From the NCBI RefSeq assembly GCF_018350175.1, contig NC_058368.1, positions 206,710,001-206,774,000 on the forward strand: a DNA stretch of 64,000 nucleotides. Reading direction: 5' to 3'. The notes under the pieces are model-generated. The model did no database searches. It had not been told where the DNA came from and saw only the letters and a program-made list of their open reading frames with translations. Of the stretch, positions 12,992-25,572 are shown piece by piece (position 1 is the stretch's first letter; each line of letters begins with the position of its first letter). This stretch comes from Felis catus. Lineage: Eukaryota. The translations under genes were made by a program, and so were the position numbers.

Positions 12992-13769
12992 CTATAGAGA
13001 ATGTACACTTTTTCCTTTGATGGTTTCCTATTATGTGATACAAAAGTCTGCGCTTTATATGTTTGAAGAGATTAAATGGTGTCTTTGTAACTCAAGTACC
13101 AGACTTCGAATTAGTAAGTAAGCCAAATAAATGTGATAACACTTTTATAAGTGTTATGATGCTTTAAAAACAGTCAGCCATGATGGAATGCTCAGTTGTA
13201 AACTGTGGTTCATTTGAAACTTGGTAGGCTGCCTCGTGTGTCATGCTCAGCTTTCCAACTCGTGCTTTTTGAACCGTGCTTTTACAACCGGTTCCCTACA
13301 GGCAGCCTCAATCCCAAGTTAGATGTCTTGATCATGTTTCTTCTTATTTCACTCTCATTCTCAGAGGGTCATCTTCATGCCCTCATGCCCAAGATATCTC
13401 ATGGTTTGGGGAAAAATTAAAAATGGCCTCCCTTCCACCCACTACCTATTTGAAAGCACATGAGTACAATGAATGTTGTAATGGGTATCATGCATTTTTG
13501 TTTTAGCTCCATGGCCTTTGAGACTCTTCAGGTTAACAGTATGTATGTATTCCTAGCCTCAAGAGTACAAAGAGGTAGATTGCAGGACTTCTGACATTTG
13601 AAAGCCTTTGCTCTTTGAGAGAGAAAAAGTATTCTAAACTGGGAAAATGCACTTTCATTTGAATAAAGGATAAAGGAGCAGAATTGGAAGAGATCAAAAG
13701 TTTTGGTAAGTCTTTTCTATAGCAGGAGCTTCTTACAGCTTTCAAAGCTTCAAGACTAATATTTTGAAG

Positions 13770-13817
13770 TCTTTTTGAGATATGTTTTAGAGAGAGAGAG
13801 AGGGACTGTAGGAGAGG

Positions 13818-13865
<48 letters not shown>

Positions 13866-13990
13866 CCTAAGCAGACTCCACTCACTCAGTGCAGAGCCCA
13901 GCGTGGGGCTCAATCCCACAACCCTGGGATCGTGACCTGAACTGAAATCAAGAATTGGACACTCAACCACCTGAGCCACCCAGGCACCCC
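13770..13990 (-). mobile_element. CAN-SINE
   Basis: Antisense head, long (GA)n. Confidence 0.95.
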
Positions 13991-15467
13991 TTCAAGTTTT
14001 GTTTTTACTTGGCTTTATAGGACAAGCTTGATTCCTAGGGTGAGCCTGTCCCCAGGTCTTTAACAATATCTTCATAATAGATCAGATATTCTGAGGTTTA
14101 TTCTTTTACCTAAGCTTCTATTAAACCTAATACCCTTGCCACTTATTGTTCAATGTCTTAATATACTTTCTTCACATGTGCAAGGCTTGCTGGTCCAGCT
14201 GTTTGCATGTAGTAAGCTCCATAAGGATAAGTTGCACATTTGTAGTTGTCTTCCCCTTGCCCATCAAGAGACTAAAATAATGAAATCATGAGAGTAAAAC
14301 AAATCAAAGAAAATAAGCAAAACAGATAGTGTAAAAGACTAATACTACAATTAGCAAGCAGAAAAGAAGGAAAACTCTTAAAAAGACACATGTGTGGAAT
14401 AGATTGTAGAAATGGACACTTCAAAAACTGCCACCCATATACTCAGAACCATTTCTCAGCTGTTTTTCATTGAATAGATGAAAGAAAGAGATTGCAAAAG
14501 GAAAAACAAAATACAAGACTGTTCAAGTCACTACTATAGGACAAAGCTCCTGCCTTCTAAGCTCTTCAGAAGAAACATATCATAGAAATGTTATAAACAG
14601 CCAGAGTCTCCTCTCCTTGTCCTCACTCAAATTCTTTACACTGCAGGATATGCTAATATAAATTTCAAAGTTGTAGTACAGGTCTTTTTGTCTTGTTTTG
14701 TTTTAAATAATTTGTAATTAGGGAGATTTCTTTGTTTAGTACAGTCTGTCCAGCCTGTAACTTACATGTGCCAAGACTAGCATGGCATCCTTGGGTCTTG
14801 TATTTGGGAGCAGTAATTAGAACTGGATGAATCCCATTTAACATAGTGGTCTGATGTCAGGCCCACACCCTTGTTCTTCAAATTCAGAGAAAAGTTAAAT
14901 TGGTACAAAAATAAATTATCTTGAAACATTGCTCCCTGGACCTGACATTTTGGTATTTTGGCTCTTTTGATCTTTAGCGTTGAATACTGAGGATTAAATA
15001 ACAATGGGAGCCTTTCTGAGAATACCACATGAAGGTGGTAATTTATAAAGTAGAAGTTGTCAGCCATCCAGTAGTCTCCATTTTAGACTCTTGGAGTGCA
15101 ATTCCAATATCCATGACCCTGGTCTGTTTTCTGAGGATCTGAAAGTACATCCTGTCAAATGTGAAAGTGTCTTCACATTTAGCAGTGGTTGAAAAGTTCA
15201 TTAACAGTGACATTTAAACTTTAAGCTTTGTGTATATGTGTGTATCTGTAATTTTGTGGAGTTTAAAAGTATCAATTACAAATGACAATGTGCTTGAGAA
15301 CTTTAGAGTAAAATACCCATAAAAAGGGTAAAATACCAGAGCCGAAGGTAGCCTTAGAGTTCTTTTTTTTGCCCCAGTTACTCATTATAGCTTAAAAAAA
15401 AAAATTATGTCAAGAAAGGGGAATTGATTTGTTTAAGACCCCACAGCTTTCTGCCACTTCCTTTTTA

Positions 15468-15712
15468 TTTTTTTTTTTTTTTTATTTTTTTTTTTTTTTA
15501 AATTTTTTTTTTTTTTAACGTTTATTTATTTTTGAGACAGAGAGAGACAGAGCATGAACAGGGGAGGGTCAGAGAGAGAGGGAGACACAGAATCCGAAAC
15601 AGGCTCCAGGCTCTCAGTACAGAGCCCGACGCGGGGCTTGAACTCACAGACTGTGAGATCATGACCTGAGCTGAAGTCTGACGCTTAACCGACTGAGCCA
15701 CTCAGGCGCCCC
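15468..15712 (-). mobile_element. CAN-SINE (felid-type), long poly-T tail
   Basis: Exact 16-bp TSD tgccacttccttttta at 15452-15467 and 15713-15728. Confidence 0.97.
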
Positions 15713-16160
15713 TGCCACTTCCTTTTTAGATCCACAGTGGGATCTCAATGACTTTCATTTACTGTGCTATTGCCAAGACTTTTTAAAAATGAGAGTGGAG
15801 GGCTAAGGATCAGGCAGAGTACAGATGAAGAAAATTAGTTGCTGCAAAAGGAACTCCATTTATCAGTAGAAACCCACATGATAATGTCAAGAATGTTTTT
15901 TAGGTGGATGCCCCCTCTGCTCCCACCCTACCCTACCCAGCTGACCTACAGAAGTGATTGCTGATAGAGAATAGTCTCTACTGTGTCCAGGGAAGCAGAA
16001 CTGTTTGATCCCATCCTCATGCTTCTTTCCATTGACCAAGGTATCTAAAGCTTTTTTTTTTTTTTCTCCTGTGGATCAGAAATGTTCACTTCCATTTAAG
16101 ATAATTTTTTTTTGAGGTTGGCAACTGCATGTCTGAGACTAGATAACAAAAATGCTTTTA

Positions 16161-16345
16161 GGGGCGCCTGGGTGGCTCAGTGGGTTGAGCATCTGACTTC
16201 GGCTCAGGTCATGATTTCACGGTTTCTGAGTTTGAGCCCCGCGTCGGGCTCAGAGCCTGGAGCCTGCTTTGAATTCTGTGTCTCCCTCTCTCTCTGCCCT
16301 CCCCGCTCATTCTTTCTCTCTCTCTGTAATAAATAAAACATTAAA
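16161..16345 (+). mobile_element. CAN-SINE with internal deletion
   Basis: ggggcgcctgggtggctcag head; TSD aaaaatgcttt. Confidence 0.95.
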
Positions 16346-17274
16346 AAAAATGCTTTCATAAGGGTCAAAATACAAAAAGGTAAATCTATCTCATGATACA
16401 AGGAGAGATTTTGACTGCTTTTCCAAAGACAGTGAACCGAGAGTGAAGTGGAGAGAGAAGGCATGAAAACCAAGTGCATGAAAAAATAAAGACCATCAGA
16501 AAAACTATCTGAACCTAGGACTTCATTCAGTACTTTTCTTAGTCTTTGGGGCCTTTGACATTTTTTTTTCCTTGCCAAATGTAAGAATAAAAGGATAGTT
16601 TTCTAGAACAGAGAACAAAATATCTTTTCCAAAACATTAGATTATTCAGTCTGACTGGGGATCAAAGCAGTTCTTAATGGGGCACTGGATTGATGATAAA
16701 CCTCCCTAGTGATTTGGGGATTACTGACTTCTTTTTGGCTTCAAAAAATCTAACTGACTCTCTCCTTGCAGTTAACACGAGGTCAAGATAACCCAGCATC
16801 ATTTTGGAATTGAGTGAATTTACTTCCTCAATCAGCTTTTGCTTGAAAAGCTTTGAATAATTGAATAAGAGCAGATAGCATTATAATTAGCAAATAGATA
16901 TTTTAGGAATCCTAAAAGATTTGGGGAACATGAAGTTTCTTGGAAGAGGAAATTTAGGAAATTAATGGAACTAAGTGCCTTTACTTGTAAAGAACTGTAA
17001 TACTCTTCAGTGTGAGGAAGATAAGAATCATGTGGGAGAAACACTCTTAAATTTGGAAAATTTTTGTATGATGGCAAAAATTTGGAAAATTTTAGTATGA
17101 TGGAAAAAGATGAATTAAATGAATCTTGACAAAGGAAATGAGAGACAGTGCAATAAAAGAGAATACATTATTTTTCTAGGATTACAGTGCACAGAAAACA
17201 ACAAATATCTAGGAATATCTTCCAGTAAGAGTTCATGGCAAGTATGTATGCAAAGCAATTGCAGTTATAGTGGA

Positions 17275-17515
17275 AACTCTCATTTACTTGGTACTTGCTA
17301 TTGACTAGACTCTGAGTGAAGATTTTGGAAGTGATACCTAATTTAATCCTTGAGATAATCCAGTGAGTTAGGTGTTTTTACATCTGTATTACAGATAAAG
17401 AAAACAGAGGTTTAGGAAAGTTGAATAACATGTCAAGTCTTAGAGCTAATTGGTGTGGGAAGTAGAATTTTTAGCCCATCTCTGTTTGCTCTAAGCCTTT
17501 ACTCTAACAACTGAA
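17275..17515 (-). mobile_element. MIR SINE
   Basis: atttaatcct...ttacagataaagaaaacagaggtttag antisense core. Confidence 0.75.
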
Positions 17516-20500
17516 TTGCTCTTTCTGTATCCGTTGTTTCCTTTAATTGTCTCTTTAGGAAGTTCAGTCCAAATGCCTGTCAGAAATCTCTGTAAATGAT
17601 GGAAATTAAACCAATTCTCCTTTTTAATTTGTGTGCGCATAGTCTAAAGCTACTAATCAAAGCACTGTAATCCTGAAATCAGACTGAGATTTAAAAACTT
17701 GAATTAGATGAAACTTTCCATTATTATATGGGAAAATACGCATGGCTTACTTACATTTTAAAAAATGTCATTCATCTAAATTTTAACATTTTCTAGTATG
17801 AGCATATTTATATGAGAATACTATTTTTAAAAATGTGCTTTTATATCTAGATTTAGTGTTTGCTAGCATAGACATATTTATATTATATTAGTATTCCACT
17901 GGGTTCAAATATTTGCTTTTTGTTTCAGTGAACACCTGTTAGTCACATTAGATTTCTTGTTTTTGACATTCTCTATTTAACAAGTCCATTATTTGGCACC
18001 CATTCTTTTAAAAGTGACCAGTTCAAGAACTGACTGTGACTTGGGTGTTCTCAACAAATGAGGTTGCTAAATTCCCTGTAACTGGCTCAAAATGAAGCTT
18101 ATATTTTATTTACAAGGTGGCAGTTGCCACCAGTTGTTTGATAAATGTCAGTCTGATGCGAAAATTGCTGCCAAACTCCAAGGAAAGCACTGCTTTTTAT
18201 ATGTCCTGTGAGGATTCAGCTTGAACTACAAGGCTGCCATTTGGATCTGATGATGAGGTTCATAGTTCACTTTTAAAACTCTGAGAAGGTCCAGACCCAC
18301 TGCCCATTCTTTATGAAGTCTTTTACAAGTCTGAAAACACATTGCTTACTCAAGTACATTGCTAAGTAGACAGTCACACAAATGTATCATAGTGGAGTCA
18401 ATATTAGAAAAATGGGCAGTGGTTTTCAGGGTTCAGAGCAAAGGATGACTGCCTTCCAGCAGGTATTGGGAAAAGAACACAAAGGAGGAGCTATTTGCTC
18501 TGGGTTTGGCAAAACACGTCAGACCAAGGCTGCCGTGCATCAGAAGAATTTGCTATTAAAAATTTTGAATTGATAACTACATTTTAAAAAAAGTTTTCTG
18601 GTGGAAATTAACCTTCATTTGTCCTTTACACAGGGAACATTTTCATCTGCTTTTTTCTTCACTTACTCCCATTGAGTGTATGTTGGGCATACCCAGTCCT
18701 CTGTCATTAGGTAGATATCCCAAGCCCCTGGGAATCAAATGAGGATGAGAAAGTGTGAACAGTGTGTGCCAGGGTAAACATCTCCTCTTTGCATGTGCTC
18801 ATTTCAGAAGAAAAAAAGGGATATGCTGGAAGATGGGACTAATTCAAATGAAAAAAGAATTAGATCAATTAGAAACAGTTTAGCTCTCTGCTAGCCAGTT
18901 GCTGGCTTCCTTAAACCATTTCTTATCCCAAGCTAGGCCACCTACCTAGATTGTAATCAAGTTGTCCAAATTTTGCAATTTATCTCTTAGTCTTATGGGT
19001 CGTAACAGGTTTTCAGCGACCATAGCAAAAAAGAAGTAGAAAAAATGGGCACTAGATTACCACATTTGCTTGGCTTCTCAGCAAAGCCAAGAGATAACTA
19101 TATGCTTCTACCCCACCACCATTGTCTAGGGAGATTTTGTGGGCACACACCATACTTATGTCCTAGGTTAGCAGGGCACACTAAATTCTGGGCTGTGATT
19201 TTAAAGGAAGATCACTATTACTGCATTAGCCATGAACTTCATTTTTTGAGGAATTAAAAGGAGAATTCTATAACTCGGAAAAACATTTGACAGTTATTGG
19301 TAGCCTATGTAATAAACTTAAATTTGGCATTTTTAAAGATAGAGGTAGAAACATTTTAATGTTGGGCCAACTTTTCCTAGTGAAACTACACTAAGAAATT
19401 TTGGAAGCAATCTAGATTTGCCTCATAATGGTGGTTTGTCACCGTTTTTCTGTTGTGATATATATGGTTACATGTGAAACACTCTCATGGCTAAATGCAG
19501 ATTTGGAAGTTGAATTGCTGTTTAGATAAAATAGATTTTGAATCATGCACAAATCATGTGCTCTAGTCTCTACTCTTTTTTCAAAATTCATTTGCCACAC
19601 ACCTTTGTATCTCAAGATCCCAGTTAAGAAGAACTGAATATAGAACAGTAAAGATTTTGTTCTTTACTTCCCATCCCCCTAAGTATTTCTGGTCTAGATT
19701 AACACAGGCAAATTTAAAGATCTAGAACAGATGTCTAATGGTGTTACTGGAGAGGATGGAGTGGGGAGTGAGTCGGAGGACACAATAGTCAGTATGTGTT
19801 TTCTACCAGTCATAAATGTTCTTCAGAGACTAAAATGTGAGATGGTGAATATGCTGTGGTATGCCTCTTGTTAGGTATACCCATGGAGGCATTCTTGCAC
19901 ATAATTACATATGAAGTATAGCAGAATAAGAAAAAAAAGATGGAAACTCACTGTTAAATGGGCTATCTTTAAACAGATCATGGGCTCAATTAAGAATGTG
20001 ATGATGTATTGGTCTAGACCTCTTTTCTGACCATCATTCATACATTTATCTGTGCCCAAAATCTAGGGATCAGCTTGTCACCTCCCCCAACTCCCAACAA
20101 AAATCCAATTCATCACCTAGTTCATTTACAAATAGATATTAATTCTATAATATTTCTCTGCCCAGGTCTAGTTATATCATCAGAACCTTAGTTCAAGTTG
20201 ACATTTTTCCTTGCTTGGACCATTATAATTATTGCCTTACTATTATCACTAAATACATATTTAGCAGGATGTACAATGGGACTTTTCTAACAGTTTTGGA
20301 ATTTTTGCCAAAACCCCAGCTGAGAAAAATAGATGAAAAGTGCTACTGAATTTGAATGTACTACCATTTATTTCTGTAATTCGCTAGACAGTCAACTCCA
20401 TGATAACACCCAGCTTACGTAAGAGAATTCTCCAACTTAATAAGGAAATACAGAAATGAAGACAGTGTTTCCAGGACTCAGATACCACAGCATGAGGATA

Positions 20501-21836
20501 TTTCCTTAGTTTTCGGAGTTCATAAATTCTTAGTTTATTCAATCTGACGGTGATAATACAGATTATTAAACAACATCATGATTGTTTTAGAGCTAATTTT
20601 ATTTGCTACCTCTTTCCTGAGACTGTTGCCCTTACCTCTGATGATATCTGCCATTTGGAGTGGAGCTTTTCCTGCTTTTACAGCTTCTGAATTATTGGCT
20701 ATTTATTTACAGAGATTAACATACCTTTATAGCAGAATTTTGCAGCCTTGCTTCACCTTGCAGTTCCCACACCTTCCAAAAATGATGTCAGGTATTCACC
20801 TTCTAACCATAATAGGCATGTGATGTCATGAAAGCAGCCAGTGGGGGAAAAACTCCTTTTGAGATTTCATTTACTCATCCCTGAGGTATCTTAGGCACTT
20901 TGACCATAGGAAATGCTGGCTCGGCTTGTTTCTCAGTAAACTTTAATTTCTCACAATTATCCAACAAGTATACATTTTTAAAAGTCATGTAGAAATACGT
21001 TTCTTCTGTGTTTATTTGTTCTTGTTGTGGTAACTATTTGTCATCATCAACACATTTTTCTGTCTTCCATCTTCCCAGCATGGTTTCCATAGTGAAACTA
21101 TGTTCTCTGTTCCATAAAATTCACTTAGATAAAAGGGAAAGATGAGATACGCTAAGCACAGGAAGATAGAAATTTTATGTTGATTCTTCCAGATTGCATG
21201 TTCTTTTTGATTTTCTCTACTAAGCCGAATGGCATTAGGTATCTGAATTTTTCAAAAAGGCAGGTATCAGAGATATCTGCAGATACGGGAAGCTGTGAAA
21301 TGACTGTACATTTAATTTTTTTCCAACAGTAAGTGGTTCATAAATTAAAATATATCATGGAATGTATTTTCCTGGAACATGTCAGGCTTATGAGAGTTGG
21401 TCGGATGAATTGGACCATGTAGAGAGCATTGCAAGAGACAATGGAGAGTAAATTACAAGTGTCATTGTGTTTACATAAAAGCTTTGTTGCAAACACAAAA
21501 ATTAAAACTCTGAAATAATTATTTCTGTCTTTCATAAAATTCATCATATGATGGCTTTAAGTCTCAGAAAAGGGCAGGAAGGTAAATAAGAGAACGTACT
21601 GGTAAATTTCACAGCAACAAGTGTTGCCTGAATAACATGCATCAAATCACAGATTACTTAATTTAAAGTAAATCAGAAATAAGTCAGTATTTAAATGTAG
21701 CATATTTATAATTTCAACAAATGACTTATTTTGAGGTCTCTCATTAAAAGTGCCAGTTGAAATCAGAATGTTGGCTTTTTAGGACAAAGAAAATCATTCT
21801 ATCAGTTAGGTTTTGTTTTTATTAAAGAAAGAACTA

Positions 21837-22395
21837 CTCTTGACTCTTGAACAATGTGGGGATTAGGAGCATGACATCCCATGCAGTCAAAATTCTGTGA
21901 ATAACATTTGACTCCCCTAAAACTTAACTACCAATAGCCTACTATTAACTAGAAGGCTTACTGATAACATAAACAGCCAACACGTATTTTGTATGTCTTA
22001 TGTATTATATATTGTATTGTTACAATAAGTTGAGCTAGAGAAAAGAAAATGTTATCAAGTAAATCATAAGGAAGAGAAAATACATTTATAGTACTGTACT
22101 GTATTTATCAAAAATATTTCCCTGTAGGGGTGCCTGGGTGGCCCAGTTGACTGAGCATCCAACTTTAACTCAGGTCATGATCTCATGGTTTGTGGGTTTG
22201 AGTCCCACATTGGACTCTCCACTGTTAGCACGGAGCCTGCTTTGGATCCTCTGTTTCCCTCTCTCTGCCCCTGCCCTGCTTTTGCTCTCAATCTCTCAAA
22301 AATAAATATAACATTAGAAAAAAAACAAAACTTAAAAAAAATTGCCTATAGGTAGACCCAGTCAGTTCAAATCTGTATTGTTCAAAGGTCAACTC
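21837..22395. mobile_element. Tigger2a-like non-autonomous DNA transposon, interrupted by a SINE
   Basis: TIRs ctcttgactcttgaaca / tgttcaaaggtcaactc, TA on both sides, Tigger2a-type internal sequence. Confidence 0.85.
22127..22335 (+). mobile_element. CAN-SINE inside Tigger2a-like element
   Basis: ggggtgcctgggtgg head, A tail. Confidence 0.95.
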
Positions 22396-22860
22396 TATAT
22401 AGATGATTTCTGCTAATATTTTAAAGCAGCCTTTATGTTTTTTGTTTTTCATAAATCCAAAGAGATTATACTTCAAATACAATCTCTATAAACTATGTAG
22501 CTCATGCCAGATGCACAGTTAGCTATTAAGAGGAGATTTCAGCATAATCAATCACATCAATAATTCACATCTAGAAGGGAAAGTAAAAATCCTTTTTATC
22601 AATAATCAAAGAAATTTAGGGTGAGGCAATAGGATTTTAACCTGAATTATCTGGGTAATTGGGCAATGTAAAGTGTATTTGTAGGATTTTAGTGAAAATG
22701 GCAGATTGAAGACTTTTGAAAATTGTCTCCTTCATAAAAGCAATGAGAAAACTGGCAAAAATGATCAGAAACAGAATTTTCAGAACTCTGGAAATTAATA
22801 AAATGATGGTAGCAATCTTGAATCCATTTACCTGAGAAAAGTGCTGAATCTCAGTAAGAC

Positions 22861-23163
22861 TGTTACAGAAACAGGCTGGAACGTTGGCGGAAAAACCAAG
22901 CAGCACTCGGAGATCTTGGTGGATCGGAGATTTATTTAACACCGGCGGGCTCAGAGGAGACCATTTCTCCAAAGATCTGAGCTCCGAATGAAGGGGGCAA
23001 GGGTAATTTATAGTTGTCATCTTCCATATCTGTGGTGGGTTTTCTCGTGCCCAGCAAACAGGGCAAGAAGAACCTGGAAGAGGGGTCTCTAAGCTAGAGA
23101 CCAGAGTTTGTTTTAGTCCCATCGGCCATCTTATGGTGTAAAACTTTATTCATTTTCCCAACA
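22861..23163 (-). mobile_element. ERV-type solo LTR (303 bp)
   Basis: tgtt...aaca ends; minus-strand TATAAA (~23007-23012) upstream of AATAAA (22931-22936); TSD aagac/aagag. Confidence 0.85.
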
Positions 23164-23185
23164 AAGAGAGCTTTGTGATGTTTAA

Positions 23186-23376
23186 TAATTAAAAAAAAAT
23201 TTTTTTAATTTATTTTTGAGAGAGAAGGGGGGACAAAGAGAGAGGGAGAATCCCAAGGTAGCTCTGCACTGTCAGTACAGACCAGATGTAGGGCTTGAAC
23301 TCATGAACCATGAGATCACGACCTGAGCCAAAACCAAGAGTTGAACACTTAACCCACTGAGCCACCCAGGCACCCC
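23186..23376 (-). mobile_element. CAN-SINE
   Basis: Antisense head; TSD gtgatgtttaa/gtgacatttaa. Confidence 0.95.
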
Positions 23377-24204
23377 AGTGACATTTAAATTTATCTTATT
23401 GCCCCATCCTCTGGTCTCCAGCTCTGTGCTAGACTTGAAAACCAATTTCCTGCAGTCACAGTGAAACCCAGCAGCCTGGCAGCAACTAGAAGGAATAGAA
23501 GGGGGTTGAACCTCCTTTGAAGACTTGTTTCCAGAGCACTGTCACCATTTGTCCTGTTTGGTGGTCCACTGGAAGATCCCAGTTGCAAGACTTTGTTTAT
23601 TTGAACTCAGTCTGAGATCACCAGTTCAGAAAACCTCTTCTCTGAGGAGGTTTGTCAAAAACCATTACAGGAAATTGCTTACCTTCACAGCTGCCTCAAG
23701 CAGTGGATAACTGTTGTGAAGACTAACCATAAAACAAGAAGGAAAACTGGGGTAATAAGATTTCCACAGGGGCTTTGAAAGTGCTGATATATTCCTGGGA
23801 GTCTGTAAGGCCACGAAGATGCATAGGGATATGAACTTGCTCAGAAAAGACCCAAGAAGGCCATAACTTTTCATCTCTGGTTGTTTTTTTGAGGCTCTGT
23901 TTAAGCAGAAAATGAAATCTAAGGCAGAGACATCAACTGTTTGGTTAAAAGTTGGAAAGCGTTCCTGGAGTTTCGCGAGGACTGGAGCCACAAAGAAAGG
24001 GTCATCCAGAGGGAGCTTCAGCCTCCCATTAGCCAAACCTAATAATGTTGGTAAAGGAATCCAGGATTAGTCCAAATCTAAGACAAAAGAACCCAGGGAG
24101 ATAGGTTTAGGTCTTCCCTCTGGACATTTTTCAATTAAGAGGAAATGGTGGGAAAGCTTCTTTTGGAAGACTGTTGGAGCCACGGGGAAAAGAATCAAAA
24201 CCCA

Positions 24205-24422
24205 CAAATGAAACGATCAATGGTTGTCAGAGACTGGAGAGGGGGGAAGGGATTGCCTAAAATGGATACAAGGAACTTTTTGGGATAAGGAGAATATTTC
24301 AACCCTTGATTGTGGTGTTTGTTAAATAATTGTATATTTGACAAAACTCATTCAATTGTACATTTGAAATGAGTGAATTTTATTATATGTAAATATATCT
24401 TAATAATATAGACTTAAAAAAC
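24205..24422 (+). mobile_element. L1MC/L1MD-type 3' end
   Basis: gatcaatggttg...aaggaactttttggg...ttgattgtggtg...aaaactcat...gtgaattttattatatgtaaat. Confidence 0.75.
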
Positions 24423-25025
24423 AAATACTTTCCAAATAATAGAACAAAGATGAACACCCCAACTAAAAAAGAGCAAAGAAAATAAAAAGGCAATTTAAGG
24501 AAGAGGGAACTTTTATGTCCTTCCCTCACCCACCAAAAATAAGAAGACGCTCACACTTTAGAATAATTAGTAAAATAAAACTGTATACAACAATGAGATA
24601 ACATTTCACATTCTATTGACAAATTTTTAAATGTACATACATTGTGTGAAATGTTGGGAAATTAAGACCTCAGAGTAGGAATGTAATTTGGAAAAACCAC
24701 TTAGAAAACAATATAAGAAGATCTTGAAAATGATGCATACATTCCATATGATCCAACAATTCCATTGCTAGCCATTTACTATGACAAATTCTGTGTCTAT
24801 ATAGTAGGATGCATGAATAAGGAGCTTATACCACCCTTAAAGTTTTTGTTCCTGCACTTTCCTGAATTTGCAAAAGGCCTTGGATATCCAAAAAAAAAAT
24901 GGATATTATTAAAGATAACTAGAAATTAAAAGCACTGGTAAAAAACAGTGCTAAGTGAAAAAAAATCAACTTATCAAAATGTATATTTAGTATTGAACTA
25001 TTAATGTAGATTAAAAAACATCTTC

Positions 25026-25240
25026 GGGGCACCTGGGTGGCTCAGTTGGTTAAGTGTCTGACTTAAGCTCTGGTCATGATCTCATGGTTCGTGAGTTTGA
25101 GCCCCAAGTCGGGCTGTGTGCAGAGAGCTCACAGCCTGGACCCTGCTTCAGCTTCTATGTCTCCCTCTCCCCCTCTCTCACTCACACTCTGTGTGTGTGT
25201 GTGTCTCTCTTTCAAAAATAAATAAAGCATTAAAAAAGAA
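25026..25240 (+). mobile_element. CAN-SINE
   Basis: ggggcacctgggtggctcag head. Confidence 0.95.
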
Positions 25241-25246
25241 AATCTA

Positions 25247-25572
25247 GACACTGCTACTCAAAGTGTGAGGATCAGTGTAGATTTGTAAACTGTTTATTAT
25301 GGTCTATTATGAGAAAGTGGCAATGTGTTTAGAAACTTTATAGAAATAGAGTAGTGCCACAATATCTAAGTATGGAATCAGTGGATTTGTTTCAATAAAC
25401 AATGAAATATAGACTAGTATAGGTGTGACTGAATTCACTAGTGAGTTGAATGTAGTTGTATGTATCAGACAAATAAAATACATGATACATGGTCTGCAAC
25501 AGATTGTGGAAAACACAACATTAAAAACCAAAACATCTGTCCCTTCACTACAGATAGACCAAGAAACATGGC
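25247..25572. mobile_element. hAT-Charlie-type MITE fragment (Charlie4-like)
   Basis: cactgctactcaaagtgtg...tgtaaactgttt...cttcactacagatag. Confidence 0.45.

Larger units (their letters stand above)
22690..23965 (+). mobile_element. Old L1 5' UTR (L1MC/L1MD-type 5' end), interrupted by a solo LTR and a SINE
   Basis: aaaatggcag...cataaaagcaatgagaaaactggcaaaa...ttcagaactctggaaattaa...cagcagcctggcag...gctttgaaa...aaggcagag match recalled L1M 5'-end consensus. Confidence 0.7.

Noticed and set aside
13533..13979. 148-aa ORF (and similar MAQSVK... or SLSLSL ORFs)
   Set aside because: These are translations of CAN-SINE bodies and (CT)n tracts.
22637..23122. 161-aa minus-strand ORF
   Set aside because: It runs across a solo LTR and an antisense L1 5' UTR, has no recognisable domain, and is a chance ORF.
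23665..24036. 123-aa ORF that first looked like a processed pseudogene
   Set aside because: Most of it is the antisense of an old L1 5' UTR.
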